Shown here: piece after piece, positions 38,700 through 52,804 of the stretch
Layout of the letters: the number at the start of each line of letters is the position of its first letter
Numbering within the stretch: position 1 is the first letter of the stretch
Source: Phoronis australis
Lineage: Eukaryota; Animalia; Phoronida
Reading direction: 5' to 3'
Length of the DNA: 64,000 nucleotides
Assembly: GCA_002633005.1 (NCBI GenBank)
Contig: NMRA01000374.1
Span: 278,350 to 342,349, forward strand
The notes under the pieces: generated by a model
Databases searched by the model: none
Told to the model about the DNA's origin: nothing
What the model saw: the letters and a program-made list of their open reading frames with translations, nothing else
Program-made: the position numbers and the translations under genes

Positions 38700-40880
38700 A
38701 TGGGTGGAATACAAACTTATGCAATATGCCGATGAAACTGCTTTATCTTTAGATGGCTCAGAACAGTCTGTGCGAAAAACACTTCACATTTTAAACCAAT
38801 TTGCCAAATATTCTAGTACCTGAAAAACCAACTTGGAGATGGATAGGTTCTATGAAAGGTGGGTATCAAAATGTGTTGTAAGTGACCTAAGCCTGCAACC
38901 GGGCAACATCAGAATTTACTTTACTGGGTATTCAATTCTTCAGTGACATTAGTTTTAACACTAAGCTTAGTGAAATAAAGTAGGTTATTCACTTGTGGGG
39001 AAAAGGAAACTTGACACTTTTTGGACGATTAACAGTTATGAAACCAATAATTATGCCAAAACGTAAAATTTTTTACAAGTCTCTCCTCCTCTTTACAGGC
39101 TTTCATGAAAGACCTAAACAAAATGTTCTACTGTTCTGTATGAAACGCTAAAGTTAGGTCGATCACCCATTAATTTTGTAAACAAAAATCCAAAGAGAGA
39201 TTTCATAAAATGAAAGGTCTTGAAAAATAAATTAAAGTTTTACTACAGTTAACACAAAGTTGCCATTCACGAGTTTTTGAAGAAATGCTTCAAGAAGTTA
39301 AAGTTGAGTTTGAAAAGCATAGACAACACCTAATGCAAGAACATCTGGCGGGAGCTAGATGGATTACAGAAGTTGAGGAACTCACCAAATATTTCGCTAT
39401 TTTAAAAAAAATGTTTAAATAAAAACGTCACTAAATTAATAAATACAGATGGTCAAAAAGCAAATGAACAAGTGTCACTACTATTAGTTATAAACTTCCA
39501 TCCAGTTGTATTGCTGAACGCCTAAAAATAATAGTTAATAACCTTATTCATGAAAACCAAATAGGTTTTTTTGAAAAATAAGTTTGTTGGAGAAAACACG
39601 AAACTAGTATATGATGTAGTAAAATTTACCGACCACAAAATTTAAACAATACGATTGGATCACTACCACCGTCGTTACACCAAGGAAGTATAAGTATTTT
39701 CTCTAAGCTGGACGAACAAATAGAGTATTGCAAAACTTGTAGGCCTTTATTTTTGCTTAATGTCAGTTATAAACTTCCATCCAGTTGTATTGCTGAACGC
39801 CTAAAAAATAATAGTTAATAACCTTATTCATGAAAACCAAATAGTTTTTTTTTGAAAAATAAGTTTGTTGGAGAAAACACGAAACTAGTATATGATGTAG
39901 TAAAATTTACCGAAACAATAAGATTTCAGGACATAGTCTTTGCCGATTTTGAAAAAGCATTCGACAATTTATCTTGGAACTTTTCACATATAAAACATTA
40001 CATTCTTTAATTTTTCTAAAGATTTTCCTCATTGGATTAGCCTCTTAAATAACACATCGATGTTTTGTGTATTACAGTATGCGTTTACCTCAAAATAATG
40101 TAATAGTAGAAGTGGTGAACAAATATCTCCGTATTTATCTATCATGTGCGGTGAAATTTTAGCCTTGTTATTTCTGCAAAATAATGAAATTAAAAGTATA
40201 AAATTAGGCAACAGTACAGAACTGCGTGTGTGAAAAACCTCGCTATATGCCGATAACACGACTGATATTTGATGACTTCCACGAATCTCCAAAATCAAAT
40301 TTGATGAACATGACTTCGTGTCCGAGTCGTTATAGTATAACTCAAAATTTCCTGTTGGTGGTGATGCCACTTGTTTCAAACGATGGAGTAAGAAAGGAGT
40401 GCATGCGCTTTTGGATAGTGGTGAATTTGTGTCTTATCAAAACTTTCGTGCGAGATTTGTTTTTCCCCACCAATTACAGAATTTTAAGGAATCTTAAAAT
40501 CTACAAGAAAATATTTGGGTTTACCTAAATTTCTGTGTTTGTTACTTTGCCATGTTTTCCCAATTCGTTAAGAGTCTTGTTTATTGATTATTCAAATAAT
40601 TTTTTTAAAAGTAACGGTTACCTTAAAATTCATATTCAAAATTATTATAAAGTTGAAAAAATTGTTTATAAAAACTGTAGATTTATTGAATTTCAAAGTA
40701 GATGGTCTCTTGTAGGTTCACACTTTAGCTATAAGTCTAGACATCTGATCCCTGTGTGAATGCAAGGTTTTTATGTGGCGTGAATGTTTTTCTTCGTTTC
40801 CTTGGTGTACAAGTATAATTGTATAATACGACAATTGTTATCTTTTTACTAAAATGTGAACTATGGTTGTACTCTAAATT
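38700..40880 (+). mobile_element. Scrambled L1/Tx1 reverse-transcriptase fragments
   Basis: QYADET..LDGSEQS; NVSYKL..CIAERLK..LIHENQ; DFEKAFDNLSW; SPYL..CGEILA; YADNTT. A ~145-bp block is duplicated at ~39486 and ~39766. Confidence 0.75.
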
Positions 40881-42258
40881 AACATCGAAAAGTAGAAAAC
40901 TATAGTATCTTTGACGTCATTATCATCTCAAAATACGTCCAGGAGTATACTTTAAAAATGTGAGACTTTGAACGCTTTGATCCTTTAAATATATGGACAT
41001 AAATTTTTAGAATGTCTACTCGTTTCTCCCTACTCACATACCTTCACACATTGTCGAATTTTGAAAGGACGCAGGTGAAAACCTATGAAAGGCTACACAG
41101 GTAAAAAGGCAAAGACCAGTCATATATTAAACAAAATTCATTGTCTGAAAGGGAGAGGAACTTTTATCGAATTAAGCTAGGCAGTAAAATATATTCGACC
41201 GAGCGGACGTGCACATTGAGTGACTGCACAATGCCTTTGATCTAGTTTCTTGGGAAAAAAAGTAAAAATAATGTCGCTTGACTTCAAAAACCACGCAAGT
41301 GAAAAGCTTGTAAAATGGCGGCCTCTGAAATTAGTGGTCGGCGAGGTTGAAGTGGTGAATTGTGGTATTGAATTTAGTGTTTCTGCTCCATATATGAAGA
41401 CAATTCGCCACCAGAACAAGCTGCTAGAGTTCTTCAGCTGATTGTTTTGATGCACAGAAAATGCACACATAGATATTGATGGTCTCACGGAATTTATTTG
41501 TTACGGAAAGCGTTTCTAGAAATCTTATTGACTTCTAGATCTCTGATTCGGCTTTCAACTTCTAAATGTTTCGAAACGTGCAAAATCTGTTTACGTCGGA
41601 ATGTATCGATTCATTTTTCTGTATCAAAACGGATAGCTGAAACTCTTAAGTCTTGCGGTCTACGGAAAATAATCCAGGTGTTTGAATCAATCCGATGTGA
41701 ATGAGTCTGCAATCTATGAATGGACTCAAAGACTTGGAATTGTGGGTGTGCCGACGAGTGAAATAGTTAATTTTTCCAACAGAAACTTTTATGGTTCCGT
41801 GAACTATCTTCGGGATGACGGGGACTATTACTGTAATACGTACATGCAATGGATTTCTTCCATTTCTTTTGCGTACTCCTTTTTCAGATTTCCCAATGGT
41901 GTTGCGTCGCCTATCCCTCCGCTACATTACAATGCATCAGCCAAGAGTTACGTGAACTCAAGAATCTCTAGAAAACGTACAATCATGCAAAAAATACGGT
42001 GCGCGGCTTGTAAAGGGGAACCGGACCACCACAATGCTTCAAAAAAGCCGAGGCAAATTTTCAAGAATAAATATCGACGTACGAAATCGCTGTACGAAAG
42101 AACTTGACCGATGCTTAACTTATTGAGGTGAATGTATAGGGTTACATATGTAAATTACACGCGACTTAGCTATATTTTCTCGTTCGGCCGTATAGAAAAG
42201 ACAATATTTCATAGCTTTTTGAAGAACCCGCAATTTTGAGGCACCTACAATTGCCCAT

Positions 42259-43006
42259 TGCGGTGGCCCAACGATGACATCACGCGTTCCTTTTTTAGTT
42301 ACCTAAGGATCTCGAGATCCCGACTTAATTATCTCGAAATCTCAGGAACTCGAAATCCTGACTTAATTATCTCGGGATCTCGATTCTATCAACAAGTCTG
42401 TTTTCAAATCCTCACCGATCTCAGCTAATAAATCATGGTTTTCACAACAAATACTAGAAGTAGTTTGGATAAAAACACATTACAAATTAAATTGAGTGCA
42501 TGGTCAAGATGTCGAGAAGGGGTGGATAGGAGGGACCACCCTCCCCCTCCGGGGCCCGTGGCAGTTAAGGGGGCCTGTCGGTGAAGATAAAAAACAGCGC
42601 AACAAGAGGTTTGGGCCGGCCGGTCCTAGTTGGACAAGGACATGACTTAGAAAACCACGAGGGGCCCTCAAAATTTGAACAGTTTAAAAATTGTTACGCA
42701 CATGTATGTAACTATTGAAAGCTGGCAAAAGAAGAGACGATTCAGATCACGTAACTTTGTATATTGTACAGCTTCATATAGCATGGGCTGCACACATGTT
42801 ATACAACAAAATAAATGTTCTAAGAGAGAACAACTAAGATAGATGACTCAACTTTCAACGTTCGTAAAAGCACATGCTATCTTATCTGGCGTGAAACCGG
42901 GTATGAAGCTTGTGATCTCTCCAGAACCCGAGATAACTAAGTCCGGATCTCGAGATCCCGAGATAATTAGAAAAGAAACACGCGATGATTTCATTTGGGC
43001 CATCGT
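42259..43006. mobile_element. Foldback-like MITE with subterminal GATCTCGAGATCCCG repeats
   Basis: GGTGGCCCAA..ATCACGCG at the left end is inverted to CGCGATGAT..TTGGGCCATCGTA at the right; repeat arrays at 42308-42385 and 42928-42970 are in opposite orientation. Confidence 0.55.
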
Positions 43007-43099
43007 ACTTTTGAGTGTAACGTATCCTGTAGGGACGTTTTTGTGTGTTGCGGCGAACATGTCACCCCCTGGCATAGACTAGAATCCCTGCTTTGTATC

Positions 43100-43980
43100 T
43101 GGAAGTGCCGATTTTCAATCCAGTTGTCCCGTTTTTCCTTTCTCGAATGTTGTCTTTGTCTCTTTGTCTCGTTATTTTCCAGAGGCAATTTTCTTTAGTG
43201 ACATAACAATCGTAAAAAATGTGTTCCAATGTCTGCTGTTTACGACAACACACACAGCTTGTATCAGGATCACTATGGTAACACACACAGCGTGCATCAG
43301 GATCACTAATTTTGACCTTCTTAAGAAATTAGTTCATATACAAACTTCGTTGGGAAGTCCTACACTGCAGCCTACTGAGTTGGTGGATTTCATTGAAACT
43401 TTCTGATTTGAATATTTATTTATCATTCTCCAAACCGCTTTTACGGTTTTTAAGCGTAGTTTTATTGTGCCGTGCAGTAGACAAACACGACCACTCTTTA
43501 TTACAAAAATACCTTGCATAATTTGCCGTAGTTACCATGAAACTGAATAAGTAATCAAACATTCCTAACAGCGTTTTTGAAAGATATTGGCAAGTTTTCA
43601 TTCAAAGAATCTTTCATTAAAATCTTCTAAAGTGTTGTTGTGCTACGAAAGTACATTTGTTAAAAATGAGAACTTGCCTTGAAACGTTGGCCACGTTATA
43701 CTAACAATTACACGTAGAAAGCGTATTTTTACAGAACTGTAAAAAAGCATTTGATTGTTTTACTTCCAAGTTACATTTAAAAAGTATTTTTCCAATCCTC
43801 CCATTTGTTTGTATCATCAAAATTCCGTGTGTTTAAAGAAGCACTGACATCTACATTAAAACACACCCTAAAAAAATAAGACGTTAGCAAATTTCGTTTT
43901 AAAAATGAAAATTTTAGTTTGTAAAAAGAACCAATACAAAATTCTATTCTGTTCATTTTGAAGACCAAATGTAATGGTGG
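43100..43980 (-). mobile_element. L1/Tx1 ORF2 C-terminal fragment
   Basis: Zn-knuckle SCVCCRKQQTLEHIFYDC and terminal KWEDWK motifs. Confidence 0.55.
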
Positions 43981-44534
43981 TTTTGTCTATTTCAAAATTT
44001 ACTTGCATTGCAGTCATTAACCAGAGACGTATTCCACGCCAGACAGAGTTGCATATTCACATTCATAGAATAAAGTCTCGGGAAAGCATCAAGCGTAAAA
44101 AAGTATCTGGTACTAGACGTTGAATTGACGTTTCTGAATAAGGTCCTGCATAACCTTTGACGAGCAATCGGTTACAATAAAGAGTTTCTCGTATCATTCT
44201 CGGTTTTCCACTAAATATTACTTAGTGTAAAGACTTGAATATTGCGTGCGTAGATTCAGACGACTGACTTGATTTTGCATTTTAATGTAAAAGAATTTGA
44301 AATTATGCATGTTTTTGTCTTGATAATTTGTGTGGTGTCGTTTAAAAAACAATTACTACAAAAAATTGAAAGTTAATATATGACAGCAGACACGTACGGT
44401 ATGAAATACATATTAATAAACCCAGTTGATCAGTAGTTGAGTGTTCTGTGAGTATCTCGTATTAGTTACAAGGTGTACACCGTTTATCAGACTGTTTAAA
44501 ATCAAATAAACACAAATAAGGTGCTTAGGTAGTC

Positions 44535-44600
44535 CAGCTCAAGCCGGTTTCTATTAATCACACTAAGGTAGACGCTGGTGACTAGTAATTTGCATAGCGG
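44535..44600 (+). promoter_or_regulatory. Conserved upstream block of discoidin gene B with octamer ATTTGCAT
   Basis: Paralogous to 29170-29250; ATTTGCAT at 44588-44595. Confidence 0.4.
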
Positions 44601-46101
44601 ATTTAATCAACAACGCGAAGTGTTGCTGAGGTGCGGGCTACTGAAATAGTTTGGTGGCGAAAATGGATAAGGTGGGGATCAACTGTGTTACAGGTGAGAG
44701 GGGAAATGAAACTGAGTTGGCATGACAACTGGAGAGAGGGTGACTGGCTTTGATACCATAGACAGTTCTACCTTCCAGATATGACCAAAACTACGCTGGT
44801 ATGTCGTTGAAAGGGATTTTTTTGCGAAACCTTTGTATTCGAAATTTGTGTTTGAACGCACCCTTCCGACTTCCTAGGTCCGTAAATGGATGCAATGTCT
44901 TCTTTATGGGTTTACAGCGTGCGAAATTAGTGTTAAACGGAAGAGGAACGCAGAAGTATGACTTATGACGTCGATTTCAAAAGCCTCGCTTTCGTTTGCG
45001 CCACAAATCTTTGGTTACATTTGCATAACGATTGATGTCTTTTTGATTGGTTGGGGCTCTCAAAACCGAAGAATTTTTATTTTCATTATTAATGTATAAT
45101 TTTTCGATTTAAATAAAACATTTATAGAAATAGAATTTTGGCAAAAAAATTCTGGATTCCAAATATTTGTTCTCGTATAAAAACAAACTTCACGTTCCTT
45201 TATTGGGCACATGAAATTGCTGCAAAGAAGGCAAATTTGGTCACTTGCCGGTGCCGTCTATTTCGTGTGGCATGAATTTTGGAGTCAAGGTTGAAACTAA
45301 TGTCCCGTGGAGCCTGAAAATTCAGTTGAAGTACGTGCAAACTTTGAAACTAAGATACTGGGAGTTTCTGGATATATTAATGTGAGTTCAATTTCACAAA
45401 TTAAATTGTTACGAGTGAATTTCTTTTTTTGGAAACTTGGACGTTCAGCAAACAAAATACGGATCCAAAAACAATATGTTAGCCCGTTGTTTTGTTCTGT
45501 CTCTATTTTTCCCGTCTCGATTTTCCCCTTTCCGATGTCGGTATTTTGTAGGGCTCTATTCCTCCGAAAAGTAACGATTTTTGGCGGCACGTAAACCGTT
45601 CACTAGCAACTAACAACTTGAGATAACTTCGCTTGCTATTCTTGACCACCTACCGCCATTGTTTGCCCTCCATGGGCACTTCCGGGTACAGATGACAAAA
45701 TCGCAAACACTCTAGATTGTGTGCGGCAGCCGGCCATGAAACGGAAAATTCCAAAGCAAGTTCTTTTCAATAACCGTACAATACCAGACACCGTTTGTAA
45801 TAATACATGGTTGCAAAGAAGAGTTTATGGCATTTGTGTTCATTTCTTGAATAAATTTGTGGTTCAAGTCCATCATATTTTCCCAAATATCCAACCTTGT
45901 CGTAGTTCCTATTCGTACTCTATATAGCCTACGTCCACCAGGCGTTTTGGGCTGGGCTGATATACAGAAATTTGTGGTAGAAAAATTTCACGTTCCATGT
46001 GAGTGATGACCATTTTATGTGACATGAAATCGCATAAAGGTCACCTTACCTTCACTACAATACCACTCAGCATTGGTCAGAGAAACTGGAAAAGTGCTAC
46101 C

Positions 46102-46229
46102 ATGCTTATGAGAATCGCTCTCACGACCGTTTTCGTGACGGCCTTGATTGTTACTCAACCTTTCGTAGAAGGGAATGAGTTTGATGAGGATAAGGCCGCA
46201 TATGAGAAGCAAGAAAACCTGCAGGCCAG
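46102..46229 (+). CDS. Discoidin paralog B exon 1 (signal peptide)
   Basis: Hydrophobic N-terminus; AG|GTAAAC donor. Confidence 0.85.
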
Positions 46230-49225
46230 GTAAACGAAAACGAATTATTTGTTTTTTCATTCAAGTACCTTCCATTCGATGTAGTTGAGGGTTCCATAAC
46301 GCAAGTTTTCGTTAGAATCACCATGATAAACAAATAACTATAAGTCAGGTTTGCACACACTATTGGCGTTAGTCCTGGCCTCTGATATTTTTTTCGTCTC
46401 CAGTCTTAGAATTACTACCTATCAAATAACATGCTAGGAGTTTTTCAACAAGTTATTTTGGGAGTTAAAATCATGATACTGTATTTTATGGAAAGAATGG
46501 ACACTTGGTTTGTGAGTGTTTGTCCTGTCAATACTCAGTTCTTAAACAGGTTAGTTTAGTTTACCGACTACATGTTTCTTATGCTCTTATAAATGAAAAG
46601 TTTAGACCTAACTGACAGGTGTGTTATTTCGAAAAAAATACGGAGAGCTAAATGTGTGTTTATGTGTGTTTGCGTTAACTTCCCAATTGCAAAAAATCCA
46701 GTTTAATAATTTGTGTTACTGCTAGCGTACATAGCACTTGCCAGTTGGTCCGATTTTGTCGGACTATCTCCTTTTTTGAATTTTTACAGCCATGCCGTCA
46801 TACTATCAAATTGTCCCGTTTTTTGACATGCGGCAACACTTAAATGTTATCATACACATTACTACTGTAATTTCCAACGCGACATGGCTCTATTTTCCCT
46901 TCGGCTTAAAGGAAAAAACGTTACGTTTCATGGGTTATTATTCACTCACAATTGCTCATTCAACTTCTAAAAAACGCCAGCGGGTGCTTTTGAATATAAC
47001 GTCCCCTGTTCGACAAAAAACGGTGCTGTGTGTGTTGCAGCGAAATTTTATTCTTGTGTTTTTGCATAAACCCAGAAGTCCCGCTTTATACGAAAAACCC
47101 GCTTCTCAATGCCACTGTCCCGCTTTTTAATTTCCTAATGTTAACAACTATGGAACATGTGCTCATCTGCCTCGTAGTCTTGTTATTTTTCAGAGCCCAC
47201 TTTCTTTGAAAATATAACAAACTTAAAAATGTATTTCAATGAGTATAATTTTACATGAATGTCTGACTAAATTCTTCACAACAAATGTGAAGAATCCATA
47301 GTCTAAAATCGTTGTCTTGATTAGTAAACATCTTTTGAATTGTTGACATTATTTGACTGTTACTTTAGTTAGTCATTTATATAACGTCTCTGCTTCATTT
47401 TCTTTATACATTTGCATGTTTCCGTTGCACTCCGTTGCTTTTCGCATTTTTGGGTAACACTCTTGGGTTTTAGAATTGAAAAATAAACCTGTCAGGTATA
47501 CGAAATGGTGATTATTTAAGAATTGGGTTACCATCGTTTGCCTCTGAGAAAGGACATTAGAGTGATTTGACAATTTGGTTGAAAATGGGGATGTTGCGAA
47601 AATTATATAGCGGCAGGAAATTTTATGATAGCCAACATATAAACAAACGAATAAAAACAAATGCCTACACGCGATAGTTTCACATCGCTTAATTAGCTGT
47701 GGCGTAAACATTCAAGCAGCATTTTTGACACGATGAACGACTCAACTTCGACGGATCGTGACATCGACTGGAAATTGACGCCTATACTCTTCGGGGGGAA
47801 GTAGCTTTCCACATCGGAAGTTGTCTTTTCTTTATCGTCCCAGCGTAAAACCATGATCAAAATATGGAGCAACTCCTACGGCTATCTAAAAGACACCTTC
47901 AAATAATGCATACTAAACTTTCAGAAAATATGTACTTTTACTGAGACAAAACTTAGAGTTTGTTGTAGATATTTGGCCAAATAGGCTACACAGACTCGTC
48001 AAGGTGCTATATAGATAGTAAAGATATCATGTTTAGTTTAAGTTTTGGTGAAGATGATTTTAGACCTGTGCACTATTTATTTTGAAATGATAGATCTCAG
48101 CGAGAAGAAAACGGCATCTTGCAAATTGAGGACATCGATGCCCACCCGTGCACCAAACTGCTCGTCTCGGGTGACCATCCCATACCAGACACTTCTCTCA
48201 GGGCGTGGACCAAATATGACGCCAGTCATGCACCTAGTATGGCTCGTATATACGGAACAACTGCGTGGACTGCGGGGCCTCAGACGAAAATCCTCCAGTG
48301 GCTACATCTCAACCTGGGTGAAGTTAAAAATGTGACTGGGATTGTGACCAAAGGCCATTCACAAAAAGAAGAGTTCGTCTCGTCGTACTTGATACAGTAT
48401 AGCACAGACGATATACACTGGCCGCTCGTAAAAGACGAATTTGGCGAAAACAAGGTATATATCGTCTTGTTTTAATTCTGCTAGTTACTTGCCTGTATTC
48501 TTGTTCTGTATTGTTCATAAAGTTAGTACGGCCCATTCATTAGGTCTAACGTCAACGTTTTATTCATTTAACAGCAACCAGCCCTTGCTAGACAGCCAGA
48601 AAACACAAGTCATACTTACGTGCAATTATTTTCTTGTACATATACCATAGGTGGTGGATTAATTTACCGACAATGTTATCGAAATCGAAACAACGTGCTC
48701 CTAATCATTCGTCCGTGTCCAGTCTGGTTAGATTTAAGGAAGTGTTATCTACAGCCAACCTATTTAAATGATTAAGAGGTTGAAAAAATCTTCAAGACCT
48801 GCTCTTTTCGGATCTGGAAGGGTTTTGCAAACTTTTTATCTAAACCTATGTTAGTCATGGATGAACTACGGGTCTAAATTCAGTATGTGTGCTTGACTTT
48901 GTGTAGGTAATGATGAAATGGACCGCAGACCTGATAATCCACACTCAAGTCTATTCTATTGAAAAGGATCCGAAGAACTGTTGAAGTGTTGTTTGTAGTT
49001 AATTCTTGTATTTCTGTACAACTTTGCGCATTTTTGCTCGTCGGACTCTCGCCGATTACGTCATGTTAATATCTCGTGTTACAGCTATTCATTGGAAACT
49101 TCGATAGTCAGACGATAAAGGCGAACGCCATTTCACCTCCGATCGAAGCTAAAGACATTGTAATTTATCCTCGCTCCTGGCACGGACGGATCTCCATGAG
49201 AGCTGATGTGCTGGGATGCTTGTAG
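46102..49225 (+). CDS. Secreted single discoidin (F5/8 type C) domain protein, paralog B (~209 aa, 3 exons)
   Basis: join(46102-46229, 48094-48454, 49085-49225); open frame. Signal peptide MLMRIALTTVFVTALIVTQPFVEG; motifs QWLHLNLGEVKNVTGIVTKG, FVSSYLIQYSTDDIHW, FIGNFD, YPRSWHGRISMRADVLGCL*. AATAAA at ~49548. Confidence 0.9.
48094..48454 (+). CDS. Discoidin paralog B exon 2
   Basis: Overlaps ORF 48119-48475; F5/8C motifs; AAG|GTATAT donor. Confidence 0.9.
49085..49225 (+). CDS. Discoidin paralog B exon 3
   Basis: LFIGNFDSQTIKANAISPPIEAKDIVIYPRSWHGRISMRADVLGCL*. Confidence 0.9.
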   Translation, partial: LFIGNFDSQTIKANAISPPIEAKDIVIYPRSWHGRISMRADVLGCL

Positions 49226-52200
49226 GAGAACTCGGCGTTGCAAGAGCATTTCAAGACATTGAACTCAGAAATGCAGGCGTGCCTGCATTTCGCGAATTAA
49301 TTGGCCAAACACACTCGACTAGTTAACTGCCCAGATGTGACTCCTGACAGCCAGGCAACGTTTGATTGTTAAAATAACACAACGACCTCTGTTGTTAGAT
49401 TCGTTATCACTAAACATATATGGACGAAAAAGTCAACCTATAATTATTATTTTTTTATTTGACAAATGTCACCATTCTCACGGATATTCTTCCGCACTCC
49501 CACAGAAGCATGATTTGTCTTAGTCACTTGTACAACAAAAGTGGAGAAATAAAATGAATAAGAAAACAATTTTGGTCACTAATTAGTTGTTTTGATCACT
49601 GAATTAAAACTGCATTTCGCTTATTTCGTCGACAAGAGTGAGTGATACGTCTCGGGCACATCAATGCACATCCTTACTTATCCTTCGATAGATATGTCGC
49701 CTAGACTAAGAAAAGAAGTAACAAACAGTCATACACATTGAACGTATGAGTTTCAAAATGTTTCACCGACAATGCCTTAATACGCTCATTTGGGGCATGC
49801 CGTCAAATGTTACTATTCAAAACATTTACAAAAAACGGCTTTCACGAGACACGTCACACGTCAATCAAGCTATTATTTCAACCAATCAAGGTGCACGAAA
49901 ATGTAAACTCCGCGATTGCCCACCATCTTGGGTCACAAATAGTCTAAAACATTTGTTGCTAACGAAAGCAGAAAGATGGTTCTTTGATGAACTTTAGAAA
50001 CTCAACGGTATATACGGAGAACACTATAAGCTCAAAATACACCCGGAAATATTCGTCAAAATAAACAAAGGAAAGAAGTCAATTGCGAACTTGTCACAAA
50101 AACGAATTTTTTTTTTTCGTCATTAGTGCCTGGTGCGATTTAGAGTCTTAAGTTTGTGGAATGTTACAGGTGTGAGAGCACATGTGACGTACGGAAAGGT
50201 ACCTTGCAGACAAGACACAGGTACTAATCGTATGAAGACAATTTTTCATCAACGTCATTTGTGCTACGGAATAGGGTAAAAACGCGCGAGTTCTGGGCTC
50301 GGTCTGTAATCTTTGTACTCGAAACGAATTATTTTTGGCAATTTCTCTTCTCTTTTTGTGCGAACTCAAGATATAGAGGTCATCTGATTGTGGTCAACAC
50401 ATATAGTGTAGTGTAGTGTAGTACTTCTAAACTCCTTGCCGGCCCCTCAGTTGTCAGCGATCTAAATACACAACATATGTATACTAAGCAAACCAACGAC
50501 AGGTTTCACAGCCTCACAGCAAGCCTTCCATGGAATTCTCACTGTCATCCTACTAAAATGTGTTAAGATGAACATGAAGATACAAAATATGTGTGCATGT
50601 ATTTACAAGACATTAATTTTTAGAACCAGAACGTTTGTTTCTCCAACACGTCCTTGGGAGAATACCTACACACAATGTCGCAGGGTGGTATGACACACGT
50701 GAGAATCACACGCCATCAAGAACCGATGAAGGGCTTTCTTATGATATGAATCTTGTGCAATGCGAGTGGAAAACGGCGGATTTGCGAAGTTTTAGTGACA
50801 ATAAATGCCATAGAAAAAGCCAACACCGGAAAAATAGAATGCAAAGAAATGTCGTGCACGCATGAGCTTCGCAACCTTGGTGCGAGCATTCCAGGGCCTC
50901 GGTCATCAGTTTCCATGAGTGTTTTTCCTTACAAACATTAGTAGGTGTCTGAGTTTTTACACGACTTGTTATTATTATATTACTATTACAGATAACTGTG
51001 ACTGGCTATAGTTACTGAGTTTTGTGCAAAATTTCCTTTAACGATAGCAAATGTCTATATATCTCGACAACTAATTACAATTTTGATGGAGATTGGGCGT
51101 TTGTGTGACCTGGAATCTATTATTCTACAAAGAATAAACACCAAGATGCAGTTGAAGATGAAATGTAGCTTTTTATCCGATACGCGTTGAATCTGTCGAG
51201 TGCAATACGGCCATATGTAATAATATTTTCCGTATTTACCTCCATAGTGACCTCCGACATGGAAAATTCAAAAGGTAGGTTAATGTCGACTCGACGTCGT
51301 CAGCCGGTTAGATGTCATCAAACTTTCCAAATATAGCTTAAAGTAATACAGTTGCAGCAGTATAAACAAGGCCGTATGAAGCGGGTGGGGGGGGGGGGCG
51401 TGCCAACTCAGTATCAGCGCATGGTTTACCCCTTGGGGGCCCTGGCCAGGACATTGTTGTTAGGGTATCCGCTTTTGCTGCATACATGTAGATTGTGTAA
51501 ACGCACTTGAAAACGTGCACTTTATCATTCATACAAGTCATGTATTTCGAAAAATCGAGAAAATTCACTGGAGTTCTAAATTCAATAAGACTGTTTTGCA
51601 AATGCAGAAATGCAAAATTATATTTTCCAAAGGCCCTTCTCTAGGAAAGGATAACAAAGACAATTGCTGCTCTATTTTTTCGTGTTTTTCTTTCTCTAAA
51701 TTGTGTATCACTTGAGAAAATTGATGGCCTGGCAGATAACATCAATTGCTGCGCATTTCCTGACTTTTGAAAATATAGATCTTTTCATATTTAAGGGCCC
51801 AACTCTTGAAGAGGACCATTGATGACACCCTTTTCGTGTTTTGATTGGCAAATTCTTAAGGGGCCACTCACGAAGAAAGGGCCCAATGCTGGAATCGATT
51901 ATCTCTATTTTCCTATTTTTGTGAAATCGAACAACCGACTTTTATGCTGAGGAAAGTCACTTCTTGCAAGGTCACCCGACAATGGAATAAAGTGTCACTC
52001 TTTTCCAAGCTGAATGATGTGTAGTCTTTCATCTTAGGTGCCCCATTTCAGACGGCACCCCCTCTCGGTGGGGAGGCCCGGGTGTCTCTCTGAACATGTA
52101 AATCTGACACTGCCAAGTAGTCACAAAACAACAGTGCACAGTACGGCAAAGCAGTATCAAAACGTTCGACACAAACAACAAAAAATGTGAAAAGTACAAT

Positions 52201-52804
52201 AGGATTGACCACCATAAAAAAGTTGGAATTTTAAAGAACGTGAAGATCACTATTTGTGAATTACACAAAAAGGCTACTTCCGATGGTTAGTTATGTTTTT
52301 CTAATAGTATCACAAAATAGTATTTCTTTTAAAGGTCGTTACTAGGAACTGTTTGTAATGAATTCGCAGATGTCAAAAAGACTGTGGGCTACGATTTGTG
52401 ATGACCGTGTACAAAAATCTGCGACCATGCCTGTGGTAATTGCTTACAACATTCCGTTTTGATAAACAAAATTCGTTGGTTTCTGATTTATATTATAATT
52501 ATGTATTTACGAAAACCGACAGGTTAATAAATTAGTTTTGAGAATTAGAAGCTAATATTTTAAGAAATGATGTTGTTTCAGTGAATTTAGTCGAAGCCTG
52601 AATATGGAAAAAACTCTATAATCAGATCCCCAAATAGCAAAGTGCACTTGGACGCTTCTTGCCTACCTAAAATAACTCTCAAAGACATTGATGAAATTTG
52701 GACAATTCCCAAACATTTACTCACAATTCAAATGACAATAAATGCATTGAATTTTGACTTCGGTACAAGATTTGTCGTTTAAACTCACTGACAGGCACGT
52801 GTGT

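Noticed and set aside
41682-42107. 141-aa plus-strand ORF between the discoidin genes, possible third paralog
   Set aside because: No F5/8C or other recognisable motifs and no supported exon chain.
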